Virus record (IMG/VR): IMGVR_UViG_3300007540_000001
Span: 1 to 59,429 of that record
From: a virus
Taxonomy: Duplodnaviria; Caudoviricetes
Reading direction: 5' to 3' (one strand)
DNA length: 59,429 nt
Shown here: one piece after another, positions 1 through 9,524 of the stretch
How the letters are laid out: the number at the start of each line of letters is the position of its first letter
How positions within the stretch are numbered: the stretch's first letter is position 1
Program-made: the position numbers and the translations under genes
The notes under the pieces: generated by a model
What the model was told of the DNA's origin: nothing
Database searches by the model: none
Seen by the model: the letters and a program-made list of their open reading frames with translations, nothing else

Positions 1-123
1 AAGTATTCTTGTCATAATATCAACATAATTATTAAACATCTCTTGTCCCTCGTCAGTAAAATTATATACATCATCTTCATCTACATAGATGCAATCTTCA
101 TAATACTTTTCACCTAATTTTTC
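1..123. repeat. Terminal 123-bp direct repeat, copy 1 (circular assembly overlap)
   Basis: 1..123 is identical to 59307..59429; an ORF runs in frame across the junction. Confidence 0.95.
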
Positions 124-201
124 TTGCATCATAAAGTCTGCAAGTTCACTTGTTACTTCTAAAAAACTAGAAGCATCTATATAATATTTATCAGATCTCA
201 T
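1..201 (-). CDS. Acidic early hypothetical protein, 5' part (continues across the junction to 59259; 82 aa)
   Basis: Manual translation MRSDKYYIDASSFLEV...MTRIL, continuing GEVNIVHEDQLQEGE* at 59306..59259. Confidence 0.75.
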   Translation of the reverse strand, partial: MRSDKYYIDASSFLEVTSELADFMMQEKLGEKYYEDCIYVDEDDVYNFTDEGQEMFNNYVDIMTRIL

Positions 202-376
202 CTTCTAACTCCTCTATCATATCAATAGCATCACGTATAGCATCATATGCTTCTATTGCTTGTGTCTCTGCTTGACTAGCATATGCAACAGCTTCACATG
301 CTTCTGTGATTGCTAACTCAGCAGAGTTCTTTGCTTGTTCTAATTTATCCAATATATCATTATACTTTTTACTCAT
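191..376 (-). CDS. Hypothetical early protein (acidic, helical)
   Basis: ORF track; GGAG SD; tightly packed operon. Confidence 0.75.
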   Translation of the reverse strand: MSKKYNDILDKLEQAKNSAELAITEACEAVAYASQAETQAIEAYDAIRDAIDMIEELEDEI

Positions 377-522
377 TACTCATCTCCATTATCTAATAAC
401 TTCATTGCTTTTTCTAATCTATCCGTTATTGCATCTAAACAATCCTCTATTTCAGAAATGCTTAAAGTAGTTAAAGAACAATATGCTTCTTCAATTTCAT
501 GCCATACTTCTTTTTTAATCAT
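376..522 (-). CDS. Hypothetical early protein (48 aa)
   Basis: Manual ORF MIKKEVWHEIEEAY...LLDNGDE*, overlapping start/stop with both neighbours. Confidence 0.7.
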   Translation of the reverse strand: MIKKEVWHEIEEAYCSLTTLSISEIEDCLDAITDRLEKAMKLLDNGDE

Positions 523-737
523 CACTCATCTCCATTATGTATTTCAAAATAGTATTCTCTTATCTCTTCCTCTATATCTTCAAAGTCTATATCCATAGGA
601 TGACGTAAATTATTATATACCTCATCAATAGCTTCGTCAACAGTATCACTAAACTTTATAATTTCCGTAACATCCTCGTTATATCTTTCCATTTCAGACT
701 CTATTAAGTTTTTAAATTTGCTCATATCAATCTCCAA
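522..737 (-). CDS. Hypothetical acidic early protein
   Basis: ORF track; downstream of a promoter. Confidence 0.7.
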   Translation of the reverse strand: MEIDMSKFKNLIESEMERYNEDVTEIIKFSDTVDEAIDEVYNNLRHPMDIDFEDIEEEIREYYFEIHNGDE

Positions 738-753
738 TTATTATTATTGTTAA

Positions 754-782
754 GTCTTAACTTATTATTATATACTTGTCAA
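754..782 (-). promoter_or_regulatory. Sigma70-like promoter
   Basis: TTGACA-17nt-TAAGAC on the - strand. Confidence 0.6.
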
Positions 783-785
783 TAC

Positions 786-1484
786 CTAGTGTGTAATAAA
801 TCCAATTTGTTTTTTACTTGCCCAACAAAGAGTACAATCCGAACATGAGACATTAGCTTTCACTTGTGCCAAGCATGTGATACCTTCATTAGTTATTTCT
901 CTGCTGTTGGCACTAAACTCATCATCTAATTTATTACTAAATCTTATTGCAAATCTATCTTTATGTATGTTTCTAACCGCTATGGTTTTATATCCTAAGG
1001 CTCGTATGTGTTCGTACTTGCTTGTAATATGATTGCGAGTATATCCATATATAGCTATGCTACTATATGTATGCAACATACGATTCCAAAACTCTATATA
1101 TTGTATGCTTTCAAAATCACCTAATACATGCAATCTTATAAGAATACCTTCGGGATATTTCTCTACATAATATTCAATATCACTTTCAAGTCTTAACATG
1201 AATGCTTCATTCACTTCAAATCTATGTGCGAATGGCATGTTATTACCATAGCACGTGGTATAATGTTCGCATTCATTAGTGCATGTTTCTCTTTCAATAA
1301 GTGTTAATGTAAGTATACGTTTACCTTTATGCTTACCTTTTTTAACTATCTTGCCAAGTTTAACATTAGTACTTAACTTCAATACTCTTGGTGCATAATT
1401 AGTAACATCTCTTATTGTAAACTTACTAGCACTATATAGAGTCGTAGCATTTACGATTGCTTTATGTTTCTTATCTAATTGCAT
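786..1484 (-). CDS. GP88-like Cys-cluster protein
   Basis: N-x-K-L-G, TCxxxCxxxxxCY, IRLHVLGDF, YGYT and C-terminal CxxCxLCW motifs resemble the phage gene product 88 family. Confidence 0.65.
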   Translation of the reverse strand: MQLDKKHKAIVNATTLYSASKFTIRDVTNYAPRVLKLSTNVKLGKIVKKGKHKGKRILTLTLIERETCTNECEHYTTCYGNNMPFAHRFEVNEAFMLRLESDIEYYVEKYPEGILIRLHVLGDFESIQYIEFWNRMLHTYSSIAIYGYTRNHITSKYEHIRALGYKTIAVRNIHKDRFAIRFSNKLDDEFSANSREITNEGITCLAQVKANVSCSDCTLCWASKKQIGFITH

Positions 1485-1525
1485 TTTATACTTTCCTTAA
1501 TAGGTTATAATTAATTTGTACTGTT

Positions 1526-1554
1526 AATATGGATTATAAATATTATATTGTCAA
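1526..1554 (-). promoter_or_regulatory. Sigma70-like early promoter
   Basis: TTGACA-17nt-CATATT with AT-rich upstream sequence. Confidence 0.6.
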
Positions 1555-1753
1555 CAATTATTTTAATTATTTTTTATTTAATTTATTACTGTTGTATTTA
1601 TATCACACTATTAAAGTTTCTTTATCGCATACTCTTTTAAGAGTAATGCTAACATTTTAAGGGAAGGTATTTAAACAGTCTCTAACCCTTACTCACTAAG
1701 ACTTTCAGGCTTCATACTTTCCACATACTATTGAGAGTACAATCTATCAGTAA

Positions 1754-1806
1754 TCATAGCTCAACGTCCATATATCTTACAGTCATAGCTCAACGTCCAT
1801 ATATCT
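1754..1806. repeat. Two exact 24-bp direct repeats (TCATAGCTCAACGTCCATATATCT), period 29
   Basis: 1754..1777 and 1783..1806, next to A/T tracts. Confidence 0.9.
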
Positions 1807-1844
1807 GATATTTATAAAAAAATTTTTTTATTTTTTTTTTGAGC

Positions 1845-1872
1845 TTTAAAAAATATTTTAATTTGCTATACT
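1845..1872 (+). promoter_or_regulatory. Promoter with extended -10
   Basis: TTTAAA-16nt-TATACT with TG upstream of the -10. Confidence 0.45.
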
Positions 1873-1915
1873 AAAATTGTAGGAATTTCCCTACTAACTT
1901 AATGGAGCAAATAAG

Positions 1916-2362
1916 ATGCAAACAATAAAACAAAGTAAAATTGATGTACTTAACATAGTATCAGTAGCTTTAACTAGTGAAGGTACTTCTAGCCTTGTTT
2001 ATCAATCAGAAGCAAACCCTTTAAATGTATTATCTGGAAATTGTAGTCCTGACTTATTTAAAAAAGGTTATTCTAAATTTTTAGGAATGACGTTTCCATA
2101 TTATATAGATGCAAAAGGTAACAGATATTTAAATATTAAAACTGTTGCTGCTCTTTCTGGTAGACAAAGGAATAGTGTTGATATGTTTTTTAGGAAAAGG
2201 GACGCAATGCTTAGAGTAGGATATAGACCGAAACACTTCGGAGGTAGACCAATGAAATCTAAATTCGGAGTTGCTCACGTTAATGAAAACTTAATACCTT
2301 TTTTAAATGCCATGACTTACATAAGAACCAGACCAGAACTTAAAACAAAGAAAGGTAAATAA
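1916..2362 (+). CDS. Hypothetical basic protein, possibly DNA-binding
   Basis: ORF track; GGAG SD; YIDAKGNRYLNIKTVAALSG loosely resembles BRO/KilA-like N-terminal domains. Confidence 0.7.
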   Translation: MQTIKQSKIDVLNIVSVALTSEGTSSLVYQSEANPLNVLSGNCSPDLFKKGYSKFLGMTFPYYIDAKGNRYLNIKTVAALSGRQRNSVDMFFRKRDAMLRVGYRPKHFGGRPMKSKFGVAHVNENLIPFLNAMTYIRTRPELKTKKGK

Positions 2363-2364
2363 TA

Positions 2365-2586
2365 ATGTTATTAAATAATTTAGGAAATAACAAAGCAGTC
2401 ATTACAAAAGGAAATACTAAATTATTTTTTAGCTATTCAACTTTAATAATGGCAGTCACTCCAACTGAAGTACTAGTTACAAAAGAAAAATATTCCAAGA
2501 CTACAAGTAGACACTTAAATCAATTTCTTGGAGATTTAACTATTACTAAAAAAGTAGACCAGAAGGAGCTGGACAAACTGGCTTAA
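2365..2586 (+). CDS. Small early protein of marine podoviruses (FSYxT...YSxTTSRH motif)
   Basis: ORF track; motif recalled from early genes of marine podoviruses. Confidence 0.7.
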   Translation: MLLNNLGNNKAVITKGNTKLFFSYSTLIMAVTPTEVLVTKEKYSKTTSRHLNQFLGDLTITKKVDQKELDKLA

Positions 2587-2606
2587 TAAAAATAATAATC
2601 CTTCAG

Positions 2607-2644
2607 AAAAAAGCCTTGCTATTAATTTAGTAAGGTTTTTTTTT
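2607..2644 (+). terminator. Intrinsic terminator
   Basis: AAGCCTTGCTA / TAGTAAGGTTT stem followed by a long T tract. Confidence 0.8.
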
Positions 2645-2703
2645 ATTTAAAATTTGGGGATTTTCCCTGCGGGATAAATCCAAGAAAGAAGATTTTTATA
2701 GAG

Positions 2704-2759
2704 TTCGCTACGCTCACGCAGTTATTAAGAATTTTTTTTAATAGACTTCGCTACGCTCA
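2704..2759. repeat. Two copies of TTCGCTACGCTCA, each preceded by a T tract
   Basis: 2704..2716 and 2747..2759. Confidence 0.85.
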
Positions 2760-2977
2760 GACATTTACTTAGGGGGGGACTCGGAAGGTACCCTTCCTCG
2801 TCTTATATATAACCCCACCCCCACGTATAGAGCAAAATTATCAAATTGGGTTTTTCTGGGGTATCACTTGGACGGACCGATAATAATGATTATCATTTAT
2901 ATATGTCTTTACCGGCCTTGTAAAGATAAAATAACATACATTCCGAAACTACGCAAACATTTATTTTTATAAAGTAC

Positions 2978-3006
2978 TTGCCTCTATTGTCTTTCTCTGG
3001 TATAGT
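2978..3006 (+). promoter_or_regulatory. Promoter of the packaging operon
   Basis: TTGCCT-17nt-TATAGT with TGG extended -10. Confidence 0.6.
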
Positions 3007-3011
3007 GCCTT

Positions 3012-3503
3012 ATGGCTAAGGAAGCAGTAAATGATTATGGTCTTACTATTAAGCAACAGAAGTTTGCAGAATCTTATGTAGCGACCAATGATGCATCACA
3101 ATCACTTATAGATGCAGGATATGCTCCTGTAGTTCGTACCGATACTGGTGAACTAGATAAAAGTAAGACAGCCAAGAGAGCACAACAATACCTCAGCAAT
3201 CCAAAGATAAGAGCCTACATAGAAACTCTTAGAGAAGAAGTAGTAGAGAAGGTATCATGGACTGCAGAGAAAGTTATTGACAAGATGTATCAAACCTATC
3301 TTAGAGCAACTGACAATAATGACTATACAAATGCTAACAGATCAATGGAAGCTATAGCAAAGCACCTTGGTATGTTTGTAGACAAGAAAGAAATTAAACA
3401 AGAGTTTAGTGGCATGTCAGATAATAGTGATGAAGATATTCAGAAACTAGCTGATGTTATAGGATTAAAGGTTGTAAAGAGTGGAACTAGCACCAAACAC
3501 TAA
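3012..3503 (+). CDS. terS: Terminase small subunit
   Basis: LTIKQQKFAESY...AGY HTH-like start and AKHLGMF motif; directly upstream of TerL. Confidence 0.9.
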   Translation: MAKEAVNDYGLTIKQQKFAESYVATNDASQSLIDAGYAPVVRTDTGELDKSKTAKRAQQYLSNPKIRAYIETLREEVVEKVSWTAEKVIDKMYQTYLRATDNNDYTNANRSMEAIAKHLGMFVDKKEIKQEFSGMSDNSDEDIQKLADVIGLKVVKSGTSTKH

Positions 3504-4995
3504 AGATGCTTTTCGTGAAAGTTTATATGCCAGAGCATTACAACAATCACAGAGTAGTTTCTTTTCATATGTGAAGTTTATGGCACCTACCCTTGTGGAT
3601 GACTTCAAGGTAGGTAAACATATACAAGTTATCTCAGATAAGTTACAACAGATAGTAGATTCAGATGAACCCAAGAGGCTCATGGTCTTTCTACCACCCA
3701 GATCCAGTAAGAGTTTATTATGTTCTCAGTTATTTCCTAGCTGGTACATAGGACGTAATCCTAATCATCAGATCATGTCAATCAGTCATAGTGATCAACT
3801 AGCAAGTGACTTTGGTAGAACAGTAAGAGATATACTGAAACAAGAATTATATAAAGAAATCTTTCCGGGGGTATCACTTCGACAGGATGTGCGAGCTGCA
3901 GGTAAATGGAAAACTAATCAGAATGGTACATACTTTGCCGCTGGTGTAAGATCGCAGGTTGCTGGTCGTGGTGCACACATAGCTCTGATAGATGATGCAA
4001 TGTCTGAAGAAGATGCATTCTCCGAGACAGGACGAAAGTATATAAAGGATTGGTATCCTGCTGGTCTCAGAACTCGTCTGATGCCCAATGGATCTATTGT
4101 CATTATTAATACACGATACCATGAGGACGATCTCTGTGGATGGTTACTGAATAATCAAACAGAAGAAACAACACCATGGGAAGTATTGTCTATACCAGCA
4201 TGGCTTGATGCAGAGTCTGCTAATCTTCTGGACCTTCCAATAGGAGGTTCGTATTTTCCGGAGTGGAAACCAGAGAAGATACTTAAAATGGATGAAGCAG
4301 AGATTCGTGCCAACAATGGTTCTAAGTATTGGAATGCATTATATATGCAGAACCCTACACCAGATGAAGGGGGTTCTATAAAATCTACATGGCTCAGACG
4401 TTGGACAGAAGAAGATGCACCAACCTGTGATGTTATCATACAAACTTATGACACAGCTTTCTCCACAAAATCTACTGCAGACTATAGTGTAATACAAACA
4501 TGGGGTGTATTTGAATGTGCTGTAGAAGATCATCAAGGGAGAGAGTATTGGGCTCCGAGTCTGATATTGTTAGGTAATCATAGAGAACGATTGGAGTATC
4601 CTGATCTTCGTAGAGTGGCACAAGAACTCTATGATGAATTTAAACCAGACATATGTATAATAGAAAAGAAAGCATCAGGACAGTCTCTATTACAAGATTT
4701 ACGTAGAGCTGGACTACCGGTGTTGGATTACTTACCAGATCGTGATAAAATTGCAAGAGTACATGCTGCTACTCCTATTATGGAGGCAGGAAGATTATGG
4801 ATACCAAGACACAAGGATTGGGCAGAAGATTTATTTGCTGAAGCTATACAGTTTCCCTATGGTAAACACGATGACCAAGTGGATGCAATGACTATGGCTA
4901 TACATTACTTAAAAGATTCTTGGCACCTGACACATCCAGATGATCCTGAGTATGAAGATAAACCAAGTAAAAACAAAACGTATTGGAATTTCTAA
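3481..4995 (+). CDS. terL: Terminase large subunit
   Basis: Walker A PPRSSKS, Walker B ALIDD, C-terminal nuclease DTA...HDDQVDA. Confidence 0.97.
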   Translation: MELAPNTKDAFRESLYARALQQSQSSFFSYVKFMAPTLVDDFKVGKHIQVISDKLQQIVDSDEPKRLMVFLPPRSSKSLLCSQLFPSWYIGRNPNHQIMSISHSDQLASDFGRTVRDILKQELYKEIFPGVSLRQDVRAAGKWKTNQNGTYFAAGVRSQVAGRGAHIALIDDAMSEEDAFSETGRKYIKDWYPAGLRTRLMPNGSIVIINTRYHEDDLCGWLLNNQTEETTPWEVLSIPAWLDAESANLLDLPIGGSYFPEWKPEKILKMDEAEIRANNGSKYWNALYMQNPTPDEGGSIKSTWLRRWTEEDAPTCDVIIQTYDTAFSTKSTADYSVIQTWGVFECAVEDHQGREYWAPSLILLGNHRERLEYPDLRRVAQELYDEFKPDICIIEKKASGQSLLQDLRRAGLPVLDYLPDRDKIARVHAATPIMEAGRLWIPRHKDWAEDLFAEAIQFPYGKHDDQVDAMTMAIHYLKDSWHLTHPDDPEYEDKPSKNKTYWNF

Positions 4996-5630
4996 TGGCT
5001 GGATTAAGTGACATCATAGACTTTGTAAAAGAAAAAATAGGTAGTGAAAGAATAGAATCAATAAAAGAAGCCTTACCTCAAAGATTGTTTCGAGAATCAA
5101 ATAAAGAATCATGGCAAGATAATAGACAAATTCAAGAAATATTTGATGATGATCCTATCATTAAACGAATGGTAGAAGTAGAATCTAGTAATGATCCTAA
5201 TGCAAGATCAAGACCGGGTGCAGTAGGTTTAATGCAGGTAATGGAAGCTACAGCTAAAGATCCGGGTTTTGGTGTAACTCCTATGAATCCAAATGATAGA
5301 ACTGATCCACTAAAAAATGTACAGTTTGGTGCAGAATATTTTAATGCTTTAAAAAATAAATTTAATGGAGATGATAGATTAGCTTTAATAGCCTACAATT
5401 GGGGATATGGTAATACTAGAAAATGGGCAGCAGCTGGAGCTGATCCAAACAAACTTCCATCAGAAACTCGTGGATACCTAGAAAAAATATTAGGAGGAGA
5501 GAGTACTATGGAAGAACCAGAAGGTATGGCTTCTTATGAAATAGAGGATGAAGTAATTACTGCTTCTGCAAAAGGTGGAAGAATTGAAAGAGATCCCTAT
5601 AATAACTATAATAAACAAAGGATAATATAA
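4995..5630 (+). CDS. SLT-family lytic transglycosylase
   Basis: VES, GAVGLMQVM, AYNWG and ETRGY motifs; ATG overlaps the TerL stop. Confidence 0.92.
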   Translation: MAGLSDIIDFVKEKIGSERIESIKEALPQRLFRESNKESWQDNRQIQEIFDDDPIIKRMVEVESSNDPNARSRPGAVGLMQVMEATAKDPGFGVTPMNPNDRTDPLKNVQFGAEYFNALKNKFNGDDRLALIAYNWGYGNTRKWAAAGADPNKLPSETRGYLEKILGGESTMEEPEGMASYEIEDEVITASAKGGRIERDPYNNYNKQRII

Positions 5631-8074
5631 TGGCTGTAGAACGTAATCCATTTGAAGGTACTCAAGATTCTTTAAACCTAAATAAATTAGAAGTTAACCT
5701 TGATGAAGTAGTAGATGATGAAGGTGTAGAATTTGAGATAGAAGGAGAAGAAACAGAAATAAGTATGGGACCTATGGAAGGAGATCACTACAGTAATTTA
5801 GTAGATACTCTGGATGATGATAAGTTATCAGAGATAGGACTACAAGTTATAGATGGATATGAAGCAGATAAAGAATCTAGAGCAGAGTGGGAAGAAACAT
5901 TTGAAAGAGGATTTGATCTTCTTGGTTTAAAACTCCAAGAAACGAGTGATCCTTTTGAAGGAGCATGTACTGCAGTTCACCCCTTATTGATTGAGTCCGC
6001 TGTAAAGTTTCAATCAAAAGCCAGTCAAGAACTCTTTCCTTCAGGAGGTCCTGTTAAAGCAGCCATCATGGGTAATGTAACACCAGATAGAGAGATGCAA
6101 GCTCAACGTGTTAAACAGTTTATGAATTACCAGTTGACTGATCAGATGCCAGAATACTTTGATGAGTTTGAAAGAATGCTTTTTAACTTACCATTAGTAG
6201 GTTCATCCTTCAAGAAAATTTATTATGATATGACATTAGAAAGACCTGTGTCTGAGTTTATACCTATAGACCAGTTCTATGTGTCATACTATGCAACAGA
6301 TTTACGTAGAGCAGATAGGTATACACATGTCATTTATAAATCTCCTAATGATATTAAAAGAGATATAGCAAGTGGCATGTATGCTGATGTAGAGTTACCG
6401 AATGCTGGTGTACCAGAACAAAGTGGTATTGGTTCTAAGATGGATGAGATTATGGGATTAGCTCAAGGAGAAGCTAATGATCCACAGTATACATTATTAG
6501 AACAACATTGTTATCTTAATCTTGATGATGATGATGATGGTGTAGCTATTCCATATGTAGTAACAGCTGATCTAGAATCTAGAAAGATACTATCTATACG
6601 TAGAAACTATGATGAGAATGATCCTAAGTTCCAAAAGAAATTACACTTTACTCATTATAAATATGTACCGGGATTTGGTTTCTATGGTCTAGGTCTCATA
6701 CATTTCCTTGGTAACTTAACAATGACTGCAACTACAGCCATGAGATCATTGGTTGATGCTGGTCAGTTTGCTAATCTTCCGGGTGGATTTAAAGCTAGAG
6801 GTGTTAGAATGGTAGGAGATAATGCTCCTATTAGTCCGGGTGAGTTTAAAGAAGTAGAAGCTACAGGTGTAGATTTAAGTAAAGCTATTATACCATTACC
6901 ATATAAAGAACCATCACAAACTTTGATGGCTATGTTAGACTTTGTTGTAAAGACTGGTGGTAAGTTTGCAGACTCTACAGAACAAATAGTAGCAGACGCA
7001 AGTAATGTAGGACCAGTAGGAACTACTATGGCTTTGATAGAAGCAAGTAGTAAGTTCTTTACAGCTATACATAAAAGATTACATAAATCTCAGAAGGATG
7101 AGTTTCAATTACTGGCTCAGATTAATTTTGATTTCCTTCCACCAAGTTATCCTTATGAAGTAATAGGTGGAGACATGTCTGTATTTAAACAAGACTTTGA
7201 TGGTAGAATAGATGTATCACCTGTATCTGATCCTAATATACCAAGTAGTGCACACAGAGCAGCCTTGAGTCAAATGGCTTTATCTTTGGCACAACAAACT
7301 CCTCCGGGTACATTTAATACCAGAGCTTTATATCGTGAAGTTCTATTGGCAGCAAACTTTCCTAACTTAGATCAAGTAATGCCACCAGAACCTAAACCAG
7401 AACCTAGAGATCCAATGGCTGATATTATGGCAATAGCTCAAGGTAAACCTATTAAAGCGTATCCCGGTCAGAATCATAAAGCACATATTATATTTAAGAC
7501 TGCATTCTTAGAAGATCCAGCTATAGGTAAGAATCCTTTAATGAAAGCTGGTGTTCCTATATTACAAGCTAACATACGTGAACATGTACTCTTACAATAT
7601 CAAGAACAACTTGGTGGTATGGTAGAAGCAAGTGGTGTAGCAAATGATCCACAAACTATGGAAATGGTAATGGCTCAAGCTGCACAAGAAATTGCTCAAG
7701 CTAATATGAATATGCAAGCTGCTGTATCTCCAGAACAACAAATGTTATTAAATGAGAAAGCACGTATTGAACTGGATGAACAAAGAGTAGAAATAGATGC
7801 AGCAAAAGATGCAGCTAACTTAGCTATTAAAGATCGTGAAACTAATCTTAAAGAAGATGAAGTAGCAATTAAAGCATTAGATGCAGCTGGTAAACTAGAA
7901 GTTAAACAAAGTGAAACAGCTACTAAATATGCAGAGCTTGCAGCTCGTCTTGCTCTTGATGCTGAGAAGTTAGGAGATGATAGAGATGAGAAACAAGCTG
8001 CACGAGCTATAGATAATTTAATTAAAATTTCAGAAGTGGAGAATAAAGATGCCCTTAAAAACAGGGACGAGTAA
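5630..8074 (+). CDS. Portal protein
   Basis: 814 aa after terminase; [24 protein letters not shown] motifs. Confidence 0.9.
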   Translation: MAVERNPFEGTQDSLNLNKLEVNLDEVVDDEGVEFEIEGEETEISMGPMEGDHYSNLVDTLDDDKLSEIGLQVIDGYEADKESRAEWEETFERGFDLLGLKLQETSDPFEGACTAVHPLLIESAVKFQSKASQELFPSGGPVKAAIMGNVTPDREMQAQRVKQFMNYQLTDQMPEYFDEFERMLFNLPLVGSSFKKIYYDMTLERPVSEFIPIDQFYVSYYATDLRRADRYTHVIYKSPNDIKRDIASGMYADVELPNAGVPEQSGIGSKMDEIMGLAQGEANDPQYTLLEQHCYLNLDDDDDGVAIPYVVTADLESRKILSIRRNYDENDPKFQKKLHFTHYKYVPGFGFYGLGLIHFLGNLTMTATTAMRSLVDAGQFANLPGGFKARGVRMVGDNAPISPGEFKEVEATGVDLSKAIIPLPYKEPSQTLMAMLDFVVKTGGKFADSTEQIVADASNVGPVGTTMALIEASSKFFTAIHKRLHKSQKDEFQLLAQINFDFLPPSYPYEVIGGDMSVFKQDFDGRIDVSPVSDPNIPSSAHRAALSQMALSLAQQTPPGTFNTRALYREVLLAANFPNLDQVMPPEPKPEPRDPMADIMAIAQGKPIKAYPGQNHKAHIIFKTAFLEDPAIGKNPLMKAGVPILQANIREHVLLQYQEQLGGMVEASGVANDPQTMEMVMAQAAQEIAQANMNMQAAVSPEQQMLLNEKARIELDEQRVEIDAAKDAANLAIKDRETNLKEDEVAIKALDAAGKLEVKQSETATKYAELAARLALDAEKLGDDRDEKQAARAIDNLIKISEVENKDALKNRDE

Positions 8075-8198
8075 AGAAGTAATTGATTATAATATTAAAG
8101 AACTTATTGACTCTGGATATAAACAAAGACAAGCTGTAGCTATAGCTATGGATAATGCAAAGAAAAAGAAAAAGAAGAAAAAGAAAGATATAATTTAA
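8049..8198 (+). CDS. Small basic phage protein (49 aa)
   Basis: Manual [52 protein letters not shown]. Confidence 0.8.
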   Translation: MPLKTGTSKEVIDYNIKELIDSGYKQRQAVAIAMDNAKKKKKKKKKDII

Positions 8199-8386
8199 TG
8201 GATATGTTTGATGAGATTACAGACTCTTTTGATGTAGAAACAGAACGTCTAAAAGAAATGCTTGCATCAGGAGCAATAGAAGACTATAACCATTATAGAC
8301 AGATCGTTGGTTCCATAAGTGGAATTGAATGGTCAAAGAATAGTTTAAAAACAATAATTAAAAAAAGGATGGAATCAGATGACTAA
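8198..8386 (+). CDS. Hypothetical head-region protein
   Basis: ORF track; YRQIVGSISG motif; TAATG coupling. Confidence 0.8.
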   Translation: MDMFDEITDSFDVETERLKEMLASGAIEDYNHYRQIVGSISGIEWSKNSLKTIIKKRMESDD

Positions 8387-8702
8387 AATGTTTTGGATAG
8401 CAATTATAATAGTTGCTGGAATAATAATTGGTGGATCTATTTTTATGAAACCTTCTACAGAAGCTGAAGCTAATGATACAGGATATAGTACTTTACCCGG
8501 TTGGTCTGCAGGGTACAGATATTACTTTGATATGGATGAGGATGAAAAAAGCAAATTAAGATTGTTTGGAAAATATAAACAAGTAAATGGTAACACATTT
8601 AAATTAGGTTGGGACAGACAGACTGGTAAAGATATGAATCAGTTTGATACCAACATAGATGATGATGGTGTTATCTTTTTTGAACAAGAGTTTAAATTCT
8701 AG
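8379..8702 (+). CDS. Putative mini outer-membrane beta-barrel protein
   Basis: N-terminal hydrophobic signal, AEA cleavage-like site, four amphipathic strands, C-terminal FEQEFKF. Confidence 0.55.
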   Translation: MTKMFWIAIIIVAGIIIGGSIFMKPSTEAEANDTGYSTLPGWSAGYRYYFDMDEDEKSKLRLFGKYKQVNGNTFKLGWDRQTGKDMNQFDTNIDDDGVIFFEQEFKF

Positions 8703-9043
8703 TGCCAGAAATATTTTATGTAGCAACACTCCTTGTGTGTTTTCATGGGGAGTGTACTCAATTTGAAAGTGCACCTTATGCAAAGAATGCAAGTGCAGAT
8801 CATTGTCAACACATGTTGGTACATACCTTTCAAACTCAAGTAGGTCCATACTATGATGCTATTATTGATTTTGAAAAAGATAATCCTGAAGATATAAAAA
8901 TTACCTATGCTGGTTGTGATACTACACAACGTAGACCAGATACGGACAATGATTGGAAAATTACTCCCAATGTAAATCCTGATTTATTAATACCTCATCA
9001 AAATGATTTACGTTGGCAACAAGAACAAGGAGAACAAATTTAA
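8702..9043 (+). CDS. Hypothetical exported Cys-containing protein
   Basis: ORF track; hydrophobic N-terminus, four Cys. Confidence 0.6.
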   Translation: MPEIFYVATLLVCFHGECTQFESAPYAKNASADHCQHMLVHTFQTQVGPYYDAIIDFEKDNPEDIKITYAGCDTTQRRPDTDNDWKITPNVNPDLLIPHQNDLRWQQEQGEQI

Positions 9044-9459
9044 TGATGAATCCTCATTTAGGTGGTGCAAAAACTAATGATGAATGGATAAGTGAAGAAG
9101 AGATAGAAGATCCGAAAGAACTTCCTCATGTTCCCGGTTTTCATTTATTAATTAGACCAGTAAGTGCTAAGAAAAAATCTAAAGGTGGAATTATTATTCC
9201 CGATAAATTACAAGATGATCTTTCATATTTAACTACTGTAGGTAGAGTTATCAAGGTAGGAGATTTAGCATATGGAGATCAATCAAAGTTTCCTACTGGA
9301 CATTGGTGTAAAGAAGGAGACTATGTATGCTATGGTAAACTAACTGGTACTAAGTTTGTTTATCAAGGTGTGAAGATGTTATTAATATATGATGATCAAG
9401 TATTAATGACAATTAAAGATCCAGCATTATTAGATACAAGCATTAACTTAGTTGCTTAA
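9043..9459 (+). CDS. groES: Co-chaperonin GroES-like protein
   Basis: KSKGGIIIP, GRVIKVG, WCKEGDYV, LLIYDDQV; ATG at 9043 with GGAG SD. Confidence 0.9.
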   Translation: MMNPHLGGAKTNDEWISEEEIEDPKELPHVPGFHLLIRPVSAKKKSKGGIIIPDKLQDDLSYLTTVGRVIKVGDLAYGDQSKFPTGHWCKEGDYVCYGKLTGTKFVYQGVKMLLIYDDQVLMTIKDPALLDTSINLVA

Positions 9460-9480
9460 CTCTATATTGTATGGTATAAA
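9452..9480 (+). promoter_or_regulatory. Promoter of the head operon
   Basis: TTGCTT-17nt-TATAAA with TGG extended -10. Confidence 0.6.
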
Positions 9481-9524
9481 ATAACTATGCGTAATCTTAG
9501 TGTTCGCAAACTATGGAGAGTAAA

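Noticed and set aside
1754-1806. Mini CRISPR array
   Set aside because: Only two repeats, separated by 5 nt; no spacer-length sequence
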